A DNA stretch of 64,000 bases from an uncultured Kiritimatiellota bacterium. GTDB lineage: Bacteria > Verrucomicrobiota > Kiritimatiellia > RFP12 > UBA1067. The DNA is taken from NCBI GenBank assembly GCA_934621385.1, contig CAKTUI010000003.1:17998-81997 (forward strand). The letters are read 5' to 3'. Positions 33,762 to 42,771 of this stretch are shown here, piece after piece; the stretch's first letter is position 1, and each line of letters begins with the position of its first letter. Both the position numbers and the translations under genes were made by a program. The notes under the pieces were generated by a model that was not told the origin of the DNA, made no database searches, and saw only the letters and a program-made list of their open reading frames with translations.

Positions 33762-34840
33762 CAACGCACCTTCACCAAAATGAGGAGGAGAAACGGCATG
33801 ACGACCAGTTGAAGAAGCGTAAAGCGCATCAGCACCTGGGCATTCGACCAGCCGAGATTCTTCTTGCAATGATCATGCAACGGAAAGCGAATGCGCCGAA
33901 TCGCCGCGTCTTCACCAATGTCAAAACCCACTTTCTTCGCAAGTCGCAAGAGGACGAGCTTACCGAGTCCGCCCCCGCCATTGACGAGGACGACGGGCGA
34001 GAAGGCGAGAATCAGAAATGGGTTGCCCGTCACCAGAACGGCTGTCCCGACCAAAATCCCCAGGAAACGACTGCCCGCATCACCCATCAAGATCTTCGAC
34101 GGCTCTGCATTGAACCACAGGTATCCACCGACACCACCGGCAACCGTCATCACGAGAATCGCCCAACGGGCCGCCTCGGGATCGCACGGCAACAGGAAAT
34201 AATGAGCCACGGGACGATAGCCGACAATCACATAGAGCATCACCGCCAGCAGTACCAACGTAATCAGGGTCAATGTGCCCGCAAGACCATCCACGCCGTC
34301 CGAGCAATTCGTCGCATTCATCGTAAACCACAGCATGAACCCGGCACACGGAACATAAAGCCAGAGCGGAACAACCCACACCCCCTTCACAAACGGCAAC
34401 CAGACGAGCGTCGAATGTCCACGCGCAATGCAATAGGCAATGCCAAGCGCGACAACGGCATCCAGCAACCCCTTTTTCAGTTCCCCCCAGGGAACAGCAG
34501 CCCGATCGTCAAGGTAGCCGAAGAGCATCGCCGCATAGAGCAAGACAACAGCCAGCAGATCCCAGAAAGCCAGTGGCGTGAAGAGAACGATGACCGGCAA
34601 CGCGATGAGCGACAGGAGAACGCCCGCGCCAGTCGGCTTTCCGGCGGACTTCATGCCGCCTAAGTCCTTGCACAGGGCCTTGCCGCGATCCCGTGGCAAC
34701 CGATTCCAGAGGCGCGGCAAGAACATGAATGTCAACAGCGCGGCCGTCAAGGCACCGCCCGCCAGCAAAAGCGCATGAGACTGGAGAAGTCGGAATGGCC
34801 CCCAATAGGGCGTCAAATAAAGCGAAAGATAGTAAAGCAT
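33761..34840 (-). CDS. mraY: MraY-type phospho-sugar transferase (GT4 polyprenyl-phosphate family)
   Basis: MLYYLS start at 34840 (TGATG overlap with the truA stop). Motifs: NATNCSDGVDGLAG, MGDAGSRFLG, RFPLHDHC. Multi-TM. Confidence 0.6.
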   Translation of the reverse strand: MLYYLSLYLTPYWGPFRLLQSHALLLAGGALTAALLTFMFLPRLWNRLPRDRGKALCKDLGGMKSAGKPTGAGVLLSLIALPVIVLFTPLAFWDLLAVVLLYAAMLFGYLDDRAAVPWGELKKGLLDAVVALGIAYCIARGHSTLVWLPFVKGVWVVPLWLYVPCAGFMLWFTMNATNCSDGVDGLAGTLTLITLVLLAVMLYVIVGYRPVAHYFLLPCDPEAARWAILVMTVAGGVGGYLWFNAEPSKILMGDAGSRFLGILVGTAVLVTGNPFLILAFSPVVLVNGGGGLGKLVLLRLAKKVGFDIGEDAAIRRIRFPLHDHCKKNLGWSNAQVLMRFTLLQLVVMPFLLLILVKVR

Positions 34841-35592
34841 CAGTAGAAAACCTTCCAAAGAAAAAGTCCACGGCCAGGAGCCGTCTCAACACGCGCCGTA
34901 CGCGGCGCTTTCGCCTCCAGCAATTCCTTGACGGCAATGGGCTTTTCATTCCCCTTGCCAACGGACAACAGAAAGCCAACCATTGACCGAACCTGCTTGT
35001 AGAGAAAACCATCCCCACGGACAATGAACGTGTAGCGAGGCCCAACCCGCTTAATGACAAACGAGAAGATCGTGCGCTCCGTCGTCGCAAGCGGACGATT
35101 CGGATTCGCGGCAAAAGAGACGAAATCATGCTTGCCGACGAAATAGGACGCCGCCTCCTGCATAGCCGCCAAATCAAGCGTGCGATGGGTGAACGCCCAG
35201 TAGGGGGCCAGATGAGGCGGCAGAATGTCCGCCTGATAGAGTTGGTAGCGATACTCCTTGCCCTTCGCCGACAACTGGGCATTAAAATCGTCCTTGACGC
35301 GTTTAGCCCGCAGGATGCGAATCGCCATTGGCAACTGAGCATTCAACGCCCGAACGAGATTGGCCGGAGGTATTGCATGCGTCAGGCAGAAATCCGCCAC
35401 GTAGCCCTTCGCGTGCACCCCCGCATCCGTCCGGGACGAGCCGCGCACACGCACGGGCGCACCTTCGATGCGACCAACCGCCTCCTCGACGACTTGCTGA
35501 ATGCCGACGGCATTTTCCTGGTATTGCCACCCGGAATAGGCCGTCCCATCGTAGGCGATAACAACGCAATACTTATATTTCGTCTCGTTCAC
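34840..35592 (-). CDS. truA: tRNA pseudouridine synthase A
   Basis: GTG start at 35592 overlaps the upstream stop (GTGA). YDGTAYSGWQYQ and catalytic RTDAGVHA are present. Confidence 0.85.
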   Translation of the reverse strand: MNETKYKYCVVIAYDGTAYSGWQYQENAVGIQQVVEEAVGRIEGAPVRVRGSSRTDAGVHAKGYVADFCLTHAIPPANLVRALNAQLPMAIRILRAKRVKDDFNAQLSAKGKEYRYQLYQADILPPHLAPYWAFTHRTLDLAAMQEAASYFVGKHDFVSFAANPNRPLATTERTIFSFVIKRVGPRYTFIVRGDGFLYKQVRSMVGFLLSVGKGNEKPIAVKELLEAKAPRTARVETAPGRGLFLWKVFY

Positions 35593-36569
35593 GCGAACAG
35601 TTTCTTGAGTTCGCCGGCGCGGGACCGGCTCACAACGAGGACGGCATCCTTTGTCGAAACGACCACCAGGTCTTTCACCCCCAGCAGGGCAATCTTCGGT
35701 CCCTTGGCGATGCAAATGTTGTCCGCCGATTCAACGGTCTTCACGTCTCCGCTCACCACATTCCCCTCGGCATCATGTGGATAGTAACGCTCAAACGCCC
35801 CATAGCCGCCAACATCATCCCATCCAAAGTCGCCGGGGACAACGGCCACCGTCTCATACTTCTCCATCACGGCATAGTCGAACGAAATGCGGGGTAGCTC
35901 CTCGTACAAACGCCGCAATTTTGCCGTGGTATAGCGCGTTTCGGCAAGGCTCGACAGGGCCGGCGCATGCGCGGCAAATGCAGCCCGAAAAGTCGATGCC
36001 CGGGCAATGAACATCCCCGCATTCCACAGAAAGCCCTTCTCCAAGTAGCACTTCGCCTTCTCGGCATCAGGCTTCTCGACAAACTTGCCCGTTGCCGGGT
36101 CGACATAGCCAAAACCCGTGGCAGGATAGGTTGGGCGGATGCCAATCGTCACAATCGCACGACTTTTTCGAGCGATGCCAATCGCCTTCCGAACCGCCGC
36201 CCGAAATTGCGCCGGCCGCGCAACCAGCTGGTCACTTGAAAAGACCCCGATGACGGGGTCGCCTTCACCAGCGGAAACGCCAACGCCCAGCGCAACGGCG
36301 GCCCCCGTGTCGCGGCGCATCGGCTCGCCCACAACATTCTCCGAGGGGATTTCAGGCAGTTCACGCTTCGTCGCCCGAGTGAGGGCGCGCCCCGTGATGA
36401 CATGGACATTCTCGGGGGCGCACAAATCACCAAGACGATCAAAACTCAAGCGAATAAGGCTCTTTTCACCAAAAACGCTCAAGAATTGCTTCGGCCTCGC
36501 CGCCGTTGAGAGAGGCCAGAAGCGCTCGCCGCTTCCTCCCGCCAATATCACCGCCTGAAAGTTCTTCAT
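35589..36569 (-). CDS. Mannose-1-phosphate guanylyltransferase-like nucleotidyltransferase
   Basis: MKNFQAVILAGGSGERFWPLS..RPKQF. The start at 36569 coincides with the predicted transcription start, so the mRNA is probably leaderless. Confidence 0.75.
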   Translation of the reverse strand: MKNFQAVILAGGSGERFWPLSTAARPKQFLSVFGEKSLIRLSFDRLGDLCAPENVHVITGRALTRATKRELPEIPSENVVGEPMRRDTGAAVALGVGVSAGEGDPVIGVFSSDQLVARPAQFRAAVRKAIGIARKSRAIVTIGIRPTYPATGFGYVDPATGKFVEKPDAEKAKCYLEKGFLWNAGMFIARASTFRAAFAAHAPALSSLAETRYTTAKLRRLYEELPRISFDYAVMEKYETVAVVPGDFGWDDVGGYGAFERYYPHDAEGNVVSGDVKTVESADNICIAKGPKIALLGVKDLVVVSTKDAVLVVSRSRAGELKKLFA

Positions 36570-36575
36570 GCCCAT

Positions 36576-36584
36576 ATTATACCA
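36576..36584 (-). promoter_or_regulatory. Extended -10 promoter (TGGTATAAT), leaderless configuration
   Basis: Reverse complement of attatacca. The hexamer ends 7 nt before the ATG at 36569. Confidence 0.5.
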
Positions 36585-36829
36585 TAGATTGCGCGAAGGT
36601 CACCGTTCCTTGTTAAAGTCGGAAATTGTAAAATCGAATGAGTCACCCAAGCGAAGTGAAAAGTGCCGCGCCTGCGGCCATCTACGATCGCATTGAGACG
36701 ATGAGCGCATTCGCCCACGCCCTCATAAGCGAACGATTCATCCGCTGAACGCACGATTTCAACGCATAAAAGGCTTCTCGACGCATACCAACAGGTATGG
36801 CCCAGACGCGGCGAAGGCAACCGCCACGT

Positions 36830-36935
36830 TTCTCATGCCCAGCGGCGGCAGACTTACTGCCCAGTAAATCAAAACTTACTGCCCAGTAAGTCTAAAGTTA
36901 CTGCCCAGTAAGTCTCCGTCCGATGGGCACGGCAA
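36830..36935. repeat. Palindrome-array element, copy 1 (three ACTTACT-GCCC-AGTAAGT units inside an outer inverted repeat)
   Basis: Units lie at 36852-36867, 36874-36891 and 36897-36913. Flanks are ATGCCCAGCGGCGGCAG and CTCCGTCCGATGGGCAC. Same scaffold as 44317-44427. Confidence 0.8.
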
Positions 36936-37023
36936 TTTCGCGCCGTCCGCATCTCTCGAACGGACCGTCGGCAGGTGCGCCCTCCGCCCTCCTCACTTCC
37001 CCTCTCAGTTCGCGGCACTTTTT

Positions 37024-37032
37024 TGGTATAAT
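37024..37032 (+). promoter_or_regulatory. Extended -10 promoter (TGGTATAAT), leaderless configuration
   Basis: The hexamer ends 7 nt before the ATG at 37039. Confidence 0.5.
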
Positions 37033-37038
37033 GTCCGC

Positions 37039-37962
37039 ATGGTTTTTGCCGCGCTTATGCTCTGCGCCTCACTGGCGTTCTCCGAATCGAAGACGCTCGC
37101 CGTCCAGATTCGGCTGGACAGGCTTGGCTACTCCTGCAACACGATTGATGGGCAGTGGGGGCGCAAGTCCCAATCCGCCCTCGAACGCTACTGCGCCGAC
37201 CGCAAACTGCCGCTGCCGGCCACCCCCGAAGAGGCCTACGACCGTTTCTTCTCCGTTGGGAGCCGCCTTTTCCGGCAGGACGAGGTTTCGTCCGCCGATC
37301 TTGCCGCGCTCGTCTCCATTCCTACTGACCCCGCCGAAAAGTCCAGGCTCGTCCATCTCGGCTACGAATCCATCAAGGAGGCATTCGCCGAGCGCGGTCA
37401 TGTCAGCCGGCGGACGATTGAGCGGCTGAACCCAGGTCTCAACTGGGAGAAAATCCGCCCGGGGACGCGCATCACCCTCCCGGACTTCAGGAAAATGGCG
37501 GACGACCTTGCCGCCGGAACGCGCACCCTGCCAGGGGATGCCACGCGTCCAGAGGCGACGCTCGTCAAGATTTCCCTCTCCAAGTTCGAAATCGCCGCGT
37601 ATGACCGCAGCGGCACGCTGCTGGGGCTCTTCCCCTGCTCCATCGCAAAGGACAAGTCCAAAGCCCCCAAGGGAGAGCTCAAAATCGTCTCGCTCGTCCC
37701 CAATCCTAACTACACCTATACGCCCGACCATACGCCGCCTGGCGCAAAACGGTCTCGCTATATGTTCATGGATGGCCCGAACAATCCCGTGGGGGTCGCC
37801 TGGCTCGGACTCTCCCTCCCGGGCTACGGCATCCACGGCACACCCATCCCCGAGCGCATCGGCCGCGCCGAATCGCACGGATGCTTCAGGCTGTCGAACT
37901 GGAATGCCGCACGCCTCTACTCGCTTTGCCGCATCGGAACACGCGTCATCATCGAGCCGTAA
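37039..37962 (+). CDS. L,D-transpeptidase (YkuD domain) with peptidoglycan-binding-like N-terminal domain
   Basis: HGTPIPERIGRAESHGCFRL catalytic motif. The N-terminal part LDRLGYSCNTIDGQWGRKSQSALERY is PG_binding_1-like. Confidence 0.8.
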   Translation: MVFAALMLCASLAFSESKTLAVQIRLDRLGYSCNTIDGQWGRKSQSALERYCADRKLPLPATPEEAYDRFFSVGSRLFRQDEVSSADLAALVSIPTDPAEKSRLVHLGYESIKEAFAERGHVSRRTIERLNPGLNWEKIRPGTRITLPDFRKMADDLAAGTRTLPGDATRPEATLVKISLSKFEIAAYDRSGTLLGLFPCSIAKDKSKAPKGELKIVSLVPNPNYTYTPDHTPPGAKRSRYMFMDGPNNPVGVAWLGLSLPGYGIHGTPIPERIGRAESHGCFRLSNWNAARLYSLCRIGTRVIIEP

Positions 37963-37995
37963 GCGCAAGAATTCAATAAGATTAGAAGAAACTCA

Positions 37996-38562
37996 TCAGG
38001 AAATCGACCGCGCCCGCATCATAAAGTCAACGAGCTTCGGAATCGATTTCACGCCCGGGGCCGTTTCAAGCGACCCTGACGCGTCAATGATGTCGGCACC
38101 CGACGAAAGTGCCGCGCCCAGATTCGCCGTGGAGATTCCTCCTGCCAGGACCGTCTTCCACGAACCAAAGCGCAGATCCGTCTCGCCATCCCCATGTGAA
38201 CTATCGAATAGGACGGCATCGCCCGGCGCACCACCAGCCAGCGTCCAGACCTCAAGCCCTGCACGATGAAGTTCACGCACATCGTCCTCGGTCGCACGAC
38301 GATGCAACTGGACGATGCCAAAGCCGACTTCCCGCGCAATTTCCCGGCAGTCCGCAGGCGCGGCATCCGTAAAGACCCCCACGACTTTCGCCCGTCCGCT
38401 GAGACCCGCGACAATCTCGCGTGCGCATGAAACCGTCACCTGCCGCAGACTCCCCTTGGCGAAGATAAGCCCAAGATAATCCGCCCCGAGCCGCTCGGCC
38501 TCCGCCGCAAATGCCGCAGTGCGGATTCCGCAAATCTTAATCTGAGGACGATGCCCCTTCAT
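37996..38562 (-). CDS. trpF: Phosphoribosylanthranilate isomerase
   Basis: Start at ATG 38562. IKICGIRT, DYLGLIF, VQLH and LAGGI are present. Confidence 0.75.
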   Translation of the reverse strand: MKGHRPQIKICGIRTAAFAAEAERLGADYLGLIFAKGSLRQVTVSCAREIVAGLSGRAKVVGVFTDAAPADCREIAREVGFGIVQLHRRATEDDVRELHRAGLEVWTLAGGAPGDAVLFDSSHGDGETDLRFGSWKTVLAGGISTANLGAALSSGADIIDASGSLETAPGVKSIPKLVDFMMRARSIS

Positions 38563-38567
38563 CGGCC

Positions 38568-39404
38568 TTAGGGACGCTCCAGCAGCCCGGTCGTCCACTC
38601 GCCAAACGTCTTTCGCCCGACCTCCCTCAGCCCATGCGACTCGTAGGTCTTCAAGACTTCCGGGTAGAGTTCCGTCAGAATGCCCGAGATAATCAGCCGA
38701 CGACCAACGCAAGGGACAATCTCGGGGGCAAAGCGAATCAGAAGCGGGCCAAGGATATTGGCCGCAACGAGGTCGGACTTCGGGAGTTCGCGGCGAATCC
38801 GCGCCCCGAGACCATATTTGACATAATCGACCTTCACGCCGTTGAACGCGGCATTCTCGGCCGAGGCATCGACCGCCTCCTGATCCACATCAAAGCCGAA
38901 GACAGGCGAGAAGCCCAGTTTAGCCGCCGCAATGGAGAGAATTCCGCTACCGCACCCCATGTCAAGGAAACTTCCCCCCTGGTCGGCGAGTTCGTCGATG
39001 AACTCAAGGCACGCCCGCGTCGTCTCGTGCTTACCCGTCCCAAACGCCATACCGGGATCAAGTGTAATGACGACCCCCTCGGTTGGCATCGGTTCCCACG
39101 GCGGATGGACGACGACACGCCGCCCAATCCGTTCCGTCTTGAAATGGCGGCGATAGGAAAGCTTCCAGTCCTCATCCGGAATCTGCGCAACTTCAATCGG
39201 GGCCGACACGCCAACAATCGAAAGTGCCGCGCCAAGGCAGCGTTTCGCCTCTTCCGTCCGATCCGCCTCGGGGAAGTAGATCTGAACCTGCGTCAGCCTC
39301 TCCTCGATGTCGCGATAGGACGACAAAATGAAATCCCCTCCATCGAAGACCTCGAAGAGGGGATTCACATAACGCTCTTCTATCGAGCAGTAGACCTTGT
39401 TCAT
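38568..39404 (-). CDS. prmA: Ribosomal protein L11 methyltransferase
   Basis: LDPGMAFGTGKHETT and FLDMGCGSGILSIAA are present. Start at ATG 39404 (the longer ORF reaches 39425). Confidence 0.8.
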   Translation of the reverse strand: MNKVYCSIEERYVNPLFEVFDGGDFILSSYRDIEERLTQVQIYFPEADRTEEAKRCLGAALSIVGVSAPIEVAQIPDEDWKLSYRRHFKTERIGRRVVVHPPWEPMPTEGVVITLDPGMAFGTGKHETTRACLEFIDELADQGGSFLDMGCGSGILSIAAAKLGFSPVFGFDVDQEAVDASAENAAFNGVKVDYVKYGLGARIRRELPKSDLVAANILGPLLIRFAPEIVPCVGRRLIISGILTELYPEVLKTYESHGLREVGRKTFGEWTTGLLERP

Positions 39405-39446
39405 GCGCAGTCCGAAAGCGACCAAGCCGACAAAAGTCGACGAGGC

Positions 39447-39662
39447 TTACTTAGCCGCCGCACGAGCAACGAGCTTGCGGACGACGGTCGGACGCTGGAC
39501 GAGCACACGCACCGCCTCATCGCCCATGAGACTGACGTCATCTTCCTTCATCCCGAACTTGACGAGACGACGGCGCTGCGCGGCATTCTTGCGCGACTTA
39601 CCGGCCGGCGTCTTGCACGGACGGACATGAGATTCCTTACGAAGTGTACGACCTGTACCCAT
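39447..39662 (-). CDS. Small highly basic protein (71 aa), unassigned
   Basis: -10 element (GGTATAAT, 39705-39712) and a purine-rich RBS lie upstream. Lys/Arg-rich. I could not match it to a specific ribosomal protein. Confidence 0.4.
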   Translation of the reverse strand: MGTGRTLRKESHVRPCKTPAGKSRKNAAQRRRLVKFGMKEDDVSLMGDEAVRVLVQRPTVVRKLVARAAAK

Positions 39663-39792
39663 TTTCTACCTCTATCTTTCTTTCCTTGGGAAAAATGTGC
39701 GCATATTATACCTTATTTCAGTGAAGTTTGCAAGGCGACCCAGCCCACAGCCATTCGCCCACAATTACCCCCTTGCTTTTTAACCGAAAAAA

Positions 39793-39801
39793 TGGTTAAA
39801 T
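39793..39801 (+). promoter_or_regulatory. Extended -10 promoter (TGGTTAAAT) with TTGCTT -35 at 17-nt spacing
   Basis: Upstream of the Rrf2-family regulator gene. Confidence 0.4.
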
Positions 39802-39831
39802 TCACATCTGAACTACGAATTGTCGAAAGAG

Positions 39832-40332
39832 ATGAATAAAGATACGGATACGGAAAAAGCTTCCTCCCGCGCCTCGTGCGCCCAGAGAGGGCTCAAGGTC
39901 TCCGCCAAGACCCGCTACGGTCTGCGCATCCTGCTGGATGTCGCCGCCCATAACCGGGACGCGAAGCCACGCTCAACGGCCGAAATCTCGCAATCCCAGC
40001 ACATTTCGGAGAAGTTCATCTCGCGCCTCGTCCTTCCTCTCAGGGAAGCCGGGCTCATTCGCTCCGTCCGCGGTTCGGGGGGCGGCTTCCGCCTCGCGCG
40101 CTCCCCCGAGGACATCACGCTTCTCAAGATTGTCGAGACCATGCAGGGTCCCCTCTCCATCCTCGACTGCCTCTCCCATTCCAAGAAGTGTTCTCGCGAA
40201 GCCGACTGCCTTGCGCGGCGAATCTGGTCCGATGTCAACACGGGCTTTATGAATGTGCTCGCCCGCATTACCCTCGCCAAGATTCTCGACCGTTCGTCCA
40301 TCGCCACGGTGACGATGGACTTCTGCATCTGA
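39832..40332 (+). CDS. Rrf2-family transcriptional regulator (IscR/NsrR-like, Cys-containing)
   Basis: KTRYGLRILLDVA..STAEISQSQHISEKFISRLVLPLREAGLIRSVRGSGGGFRLA and C..C..C in DCLSHSKKCSREADC. Confidence 0.8.
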   Translation: MNKDTDTEKASSRASCAQRGLKVSAKTRYGLRILLDVAAHNRDAKPRSTAEISQSQHISEKFISRLVLPLREAGLIRSVRGSGGGFRLARSPEDITLLKIVETMQGPLSILDCLSHSKKCSREADCLARRIWSDVNTGFMNVLARITLAKILDRSSIATVTMDFCI

Positions 40333-40426
40333 CACCACGCCCCGCGTGAGCACTTCTGGGGCGCATTTCGTCCCATTCCGCGACAGTTTGTCACAGGCGC
40401 ATCCTTTCACTTCCCGGCTTTTGCCT

Positions 40427-40442
40427 TGGCACGGGCTATGCT
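40427..40442 (+). promoter_or_regulatory. Candidate sigma54 promoter (TGGCACG-n4-ATGCT)
   Basis: TGGCACGGGCTATGCT lies ~45 nt upstream of the first hsp20 ATG. -24 GG and -12 GC are correctly spaced. Confidence 0.45.
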
Positions 40443-40486
40443 CCCTCGTTTGGTGTTGAAACAAACGATTGAAAGGAGTTCAAGAC

Positions 40487-40900
40487 ATGAACACATTGGT
40501 AAACATTGATCCGTGGGGGTTTCTGGATGACCTGTTCGATGCGAACAGCCGCGCATTCAGGAGCATGAGGGCACGCGCCGCTGGGCGGTTCCCGCCCGTG
40601 AACGTGTTCTTGGACGATGATGCCGTTATCATCGACCTGGAACTGCCGGGCAAGACGGCGAAGGATGTCTCGCTCACACTTGAACCGCAGGCCGTCGTCG
40701 TGGCGGACAAGCCTGCCGAAACGACCGATCCAGCAACGGGCAAGGCCGTTGAGGCTCGCCCTGCGTGGAGCCGTCGCCTCGAACTGCCCTTCCGCGTCAA
40801 CGCCGACAAGGCGAACGCCAAGTTCGAAAATGGCATTCTGCGCATCGAACTGCCCAAGGCCGAGGCCGACGGCGTTCGGCACATCGCCATCCAGGGCTAA
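40487..40900 (+). CDS. Hsp20/alpha-crystallin small heat-shock protein
   Basis: AAGGAG RBS before ATG 40487. VIIDLELPG..WSRRLELPF..ENGILRIELPK is present. Confidence 0.8.
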   Translation: MNTLVNIDPWGFLDDLFDANSRAFRSMRARAAGRFPPVNVFLDDDAVIIDLELPGKTAKDVSLTLEPQAVVVADKPAETTDPATGKAVEARPAWSRRLELPFRVNADKANAKFENGILRIELPKAEADGVRHIAIQG

Positions 40901-40944
40901 CGAATGGGTAATCAACGAAAGGCAAAGAGGAAAGGAAACTTGAA

Positions 40945-41280
40945 ATGAACGAGGAAAAATATGTGGTTCCAACGGCAATCCTGTCGGAGAAGCCTGATGA
41001 ATATGAACTGAAGGTCGAAGTTCCCGGCATCGGGAAGGACGAGGCCGAGTTGCATGTCGAGGGTAAGACCTTGACGCTGAAGACGCACACGAAGTACCAG
41101 AACCCGGCCGGCTTTCGGCAGGTCGCGGCAGAATTCGAGCGTCCGAACTACGCCATGAGTGCCGATCTGCCCGAACTCGCCAACCCGGCGACGCTCGCGG
41201 CGAAACTGGAGAACGGTATTCTGACCGTCACCGTCAAGAAACGCGCCGAGACGCAGGCCAAAAAGATTGAGATTCACTAA
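40945..41280 (+). CDS. Hsp20/alpha-crystallin small heat-shock protein (second copy)
   Basis: YELKVEVPGIGKDE..LENGILTVTVKK. Confidence 0.75.
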   Translation: MNEEKYVVPTAILSEKPDEYELKVEVPGIGKDEAELHVEGKTLTLKTHTKYQNPAGFRQVAAEFERPNYAMSADLPELANPATLAAKLENGILTVTVKKRAETQAKKIEIH

Positions 41281-41303
41281 ATCTCAGTCGAAATGACAGC
41301 GAA

Positions 41304-41344
41304 GACCCCCGATGAGCCAAGGCTCGTCGGGGGTCTTTTTTTTT
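41304..41344. terminator. Bidirectional intrinsic terminator (hsp20 / lysC)
   Basis: GACCCCCGATGAGC-CAAG-GCTCGTCGGGGGTC followed by T9. Confidence 0.8.
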
Positions 41345-41365
41345 ACGCCCAAGGGAGCGTGGAAC

Positions 41366-42733
41366 TCAGCGTCCGAAGAACGCCTTGTAAAGCGCACGAA
41401 CGGCGGCATCCCGATCCTGCTGGCGAATGGCAATCATGAACGAGACCTCGCTCGACCCCTGGTTGACCATCGACAGCGAGATGCCGGCCGAGGCAAGCGC
41501 CAGGCAGGCCTTCGCAAACATACCGGGCGTATAGCACATACCTTCGCCGACAATCATGATGATCGTGATGTCGCGCTCAACGGCGACGTTGTCGGGTTCA
41601 AGTTCGCGGCGAATCGCCTGAATGACGCGGCGCTCCTTCTCCTTCGACAGATTCACGCCCTTCACGACCACGCACTGAGAATCGACCCCGGACGGCATGT
41701 GCTCATAGGCGATGTGCTCGTCTTCAAGAATCTGAAGCAACCGACGACCAAAGCCAATCGCCCGGTTCATCAGGTACTTCTCGACGACGATGTTGCAGAA
41801 GTCATCCTGCGAGGCGATGCCGACGACCGTGCCCGGCACAACCCGCCGCGACTGGACAATCATCGTGCCCGGCTCGGACGGATGATTCGTGTTGCGGATG
41901 TTGATTGGAATCCGCGCCCGGACGGCCGGAATCACCGCGTCATCATTGAACACGCCAAAGCCCGCATAGGCGAGTTCGCGCATTTCGCGGTAGGTCATCG
42001 TCGGGATGCCCTCTCCATCCTTCACCTCGGGAACAATGCGCGGATCGACTGGATAGACCGAATCGACATCCGTGAAGTTCTCGTAGACATCGGCGCAGAC
42101 GGCAGCCGCAAGAATCGAACCGGTGATGTCACTTCCGCCGCGCGGGAAGGTTGCGACCTTGCCTTCCTTCGTATAGCCGAAGAAGCCCGGATAGATGACG
42201 ATTCCGTCGAAATTGGAGAACGCACGGGAAAGCGTCGCGTAGCTGGTCGGGTCAAGCGTTGCATCGCCGAACTCGCCCATCAGGATCATCCCCGTCTCGC
42301 GTGGGCTTGCATACCGCGCCTTCCGTCCACGCGCCGTAAACGCAACGGCCACAAGCTTCGCGTTGTTATCCTCACCCGCCGCCTTCAACAAATCCATGAA
42401 CTCGGCAGGTGAAAGCGACATGCGTTGCGCCAGCCGCCCCTTCAGATCCGCCTCGATTTCGTGGACAATGTCATCGCCGAGGCGCAACTCCGTCGCAATC
42501 TCGGCATACCGCTCGACGACCGCACCGAACGCCCGATCCGTGTTTTCGCCTTCGAGCGCCGTCTTGGCGAGTGCAATCAGAAGGTCCGTCACCTTCGTAT
42601 CGCCCGAATGTCGTTTACCGGGGGCGGAGACGACGACAATCCGCCGCGTCGGATCCGCCAGGACGATGTCAATGACCTTGTTGAGCTGAGCCGCATTGGC
42701 AAGCGAGCTGCCACCAAACTTACATACTTTCAT
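41366..42733 (-). CDS. lysC: Aspartate kinase
   Basis: MKVCKFGGSSL start at 42733. VVVSAPG is present and the C-terminal region is ACT-like. Confidence 0.85.
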   Translation of the reverse strand: MKVCKFGGSSLANAAQLNKVIDIVLADPTRRIVVVSAPGKRHSGDTKVTDLLIALAKTALEGENTDRAFGAVVERYAEIATELRLGDDIVHEIEADLKGRLAQRMSLSPAEFMDLLKAAGEDNNAKLVAVAFTARGRKARYASPRETGMILMGEFGDATLDPTSYATLSRAFSNFDGIVIYPGFFGYTKEGKVATFPRGGSDITGSILAAAVCADVYENFTDVDSVYPVDPRIVPEVKDGEGIPTMTYREMRELAYAGFGVFNDDAVIPAVRARIPINIRNTNHPSEPGTMIVQSRRVVPGTVVGIASQDDFCNIVVEKYLMNRAIGFGRRLLQILEDEHIAYEHMPSGVDSQCVVVKGVNLSKEKERRVIQAIRRELEPDNVAVERDITIIMIVGEGMCYTPGMFAKACLALASAGISLSMVNQGSSEVSFMIAIRQQDRDAAVRALYKAFFGR

Positions 42734-42771
42734 TGTCGTTGAGTTCCGATGAATGGACAACATTCGTTAGT

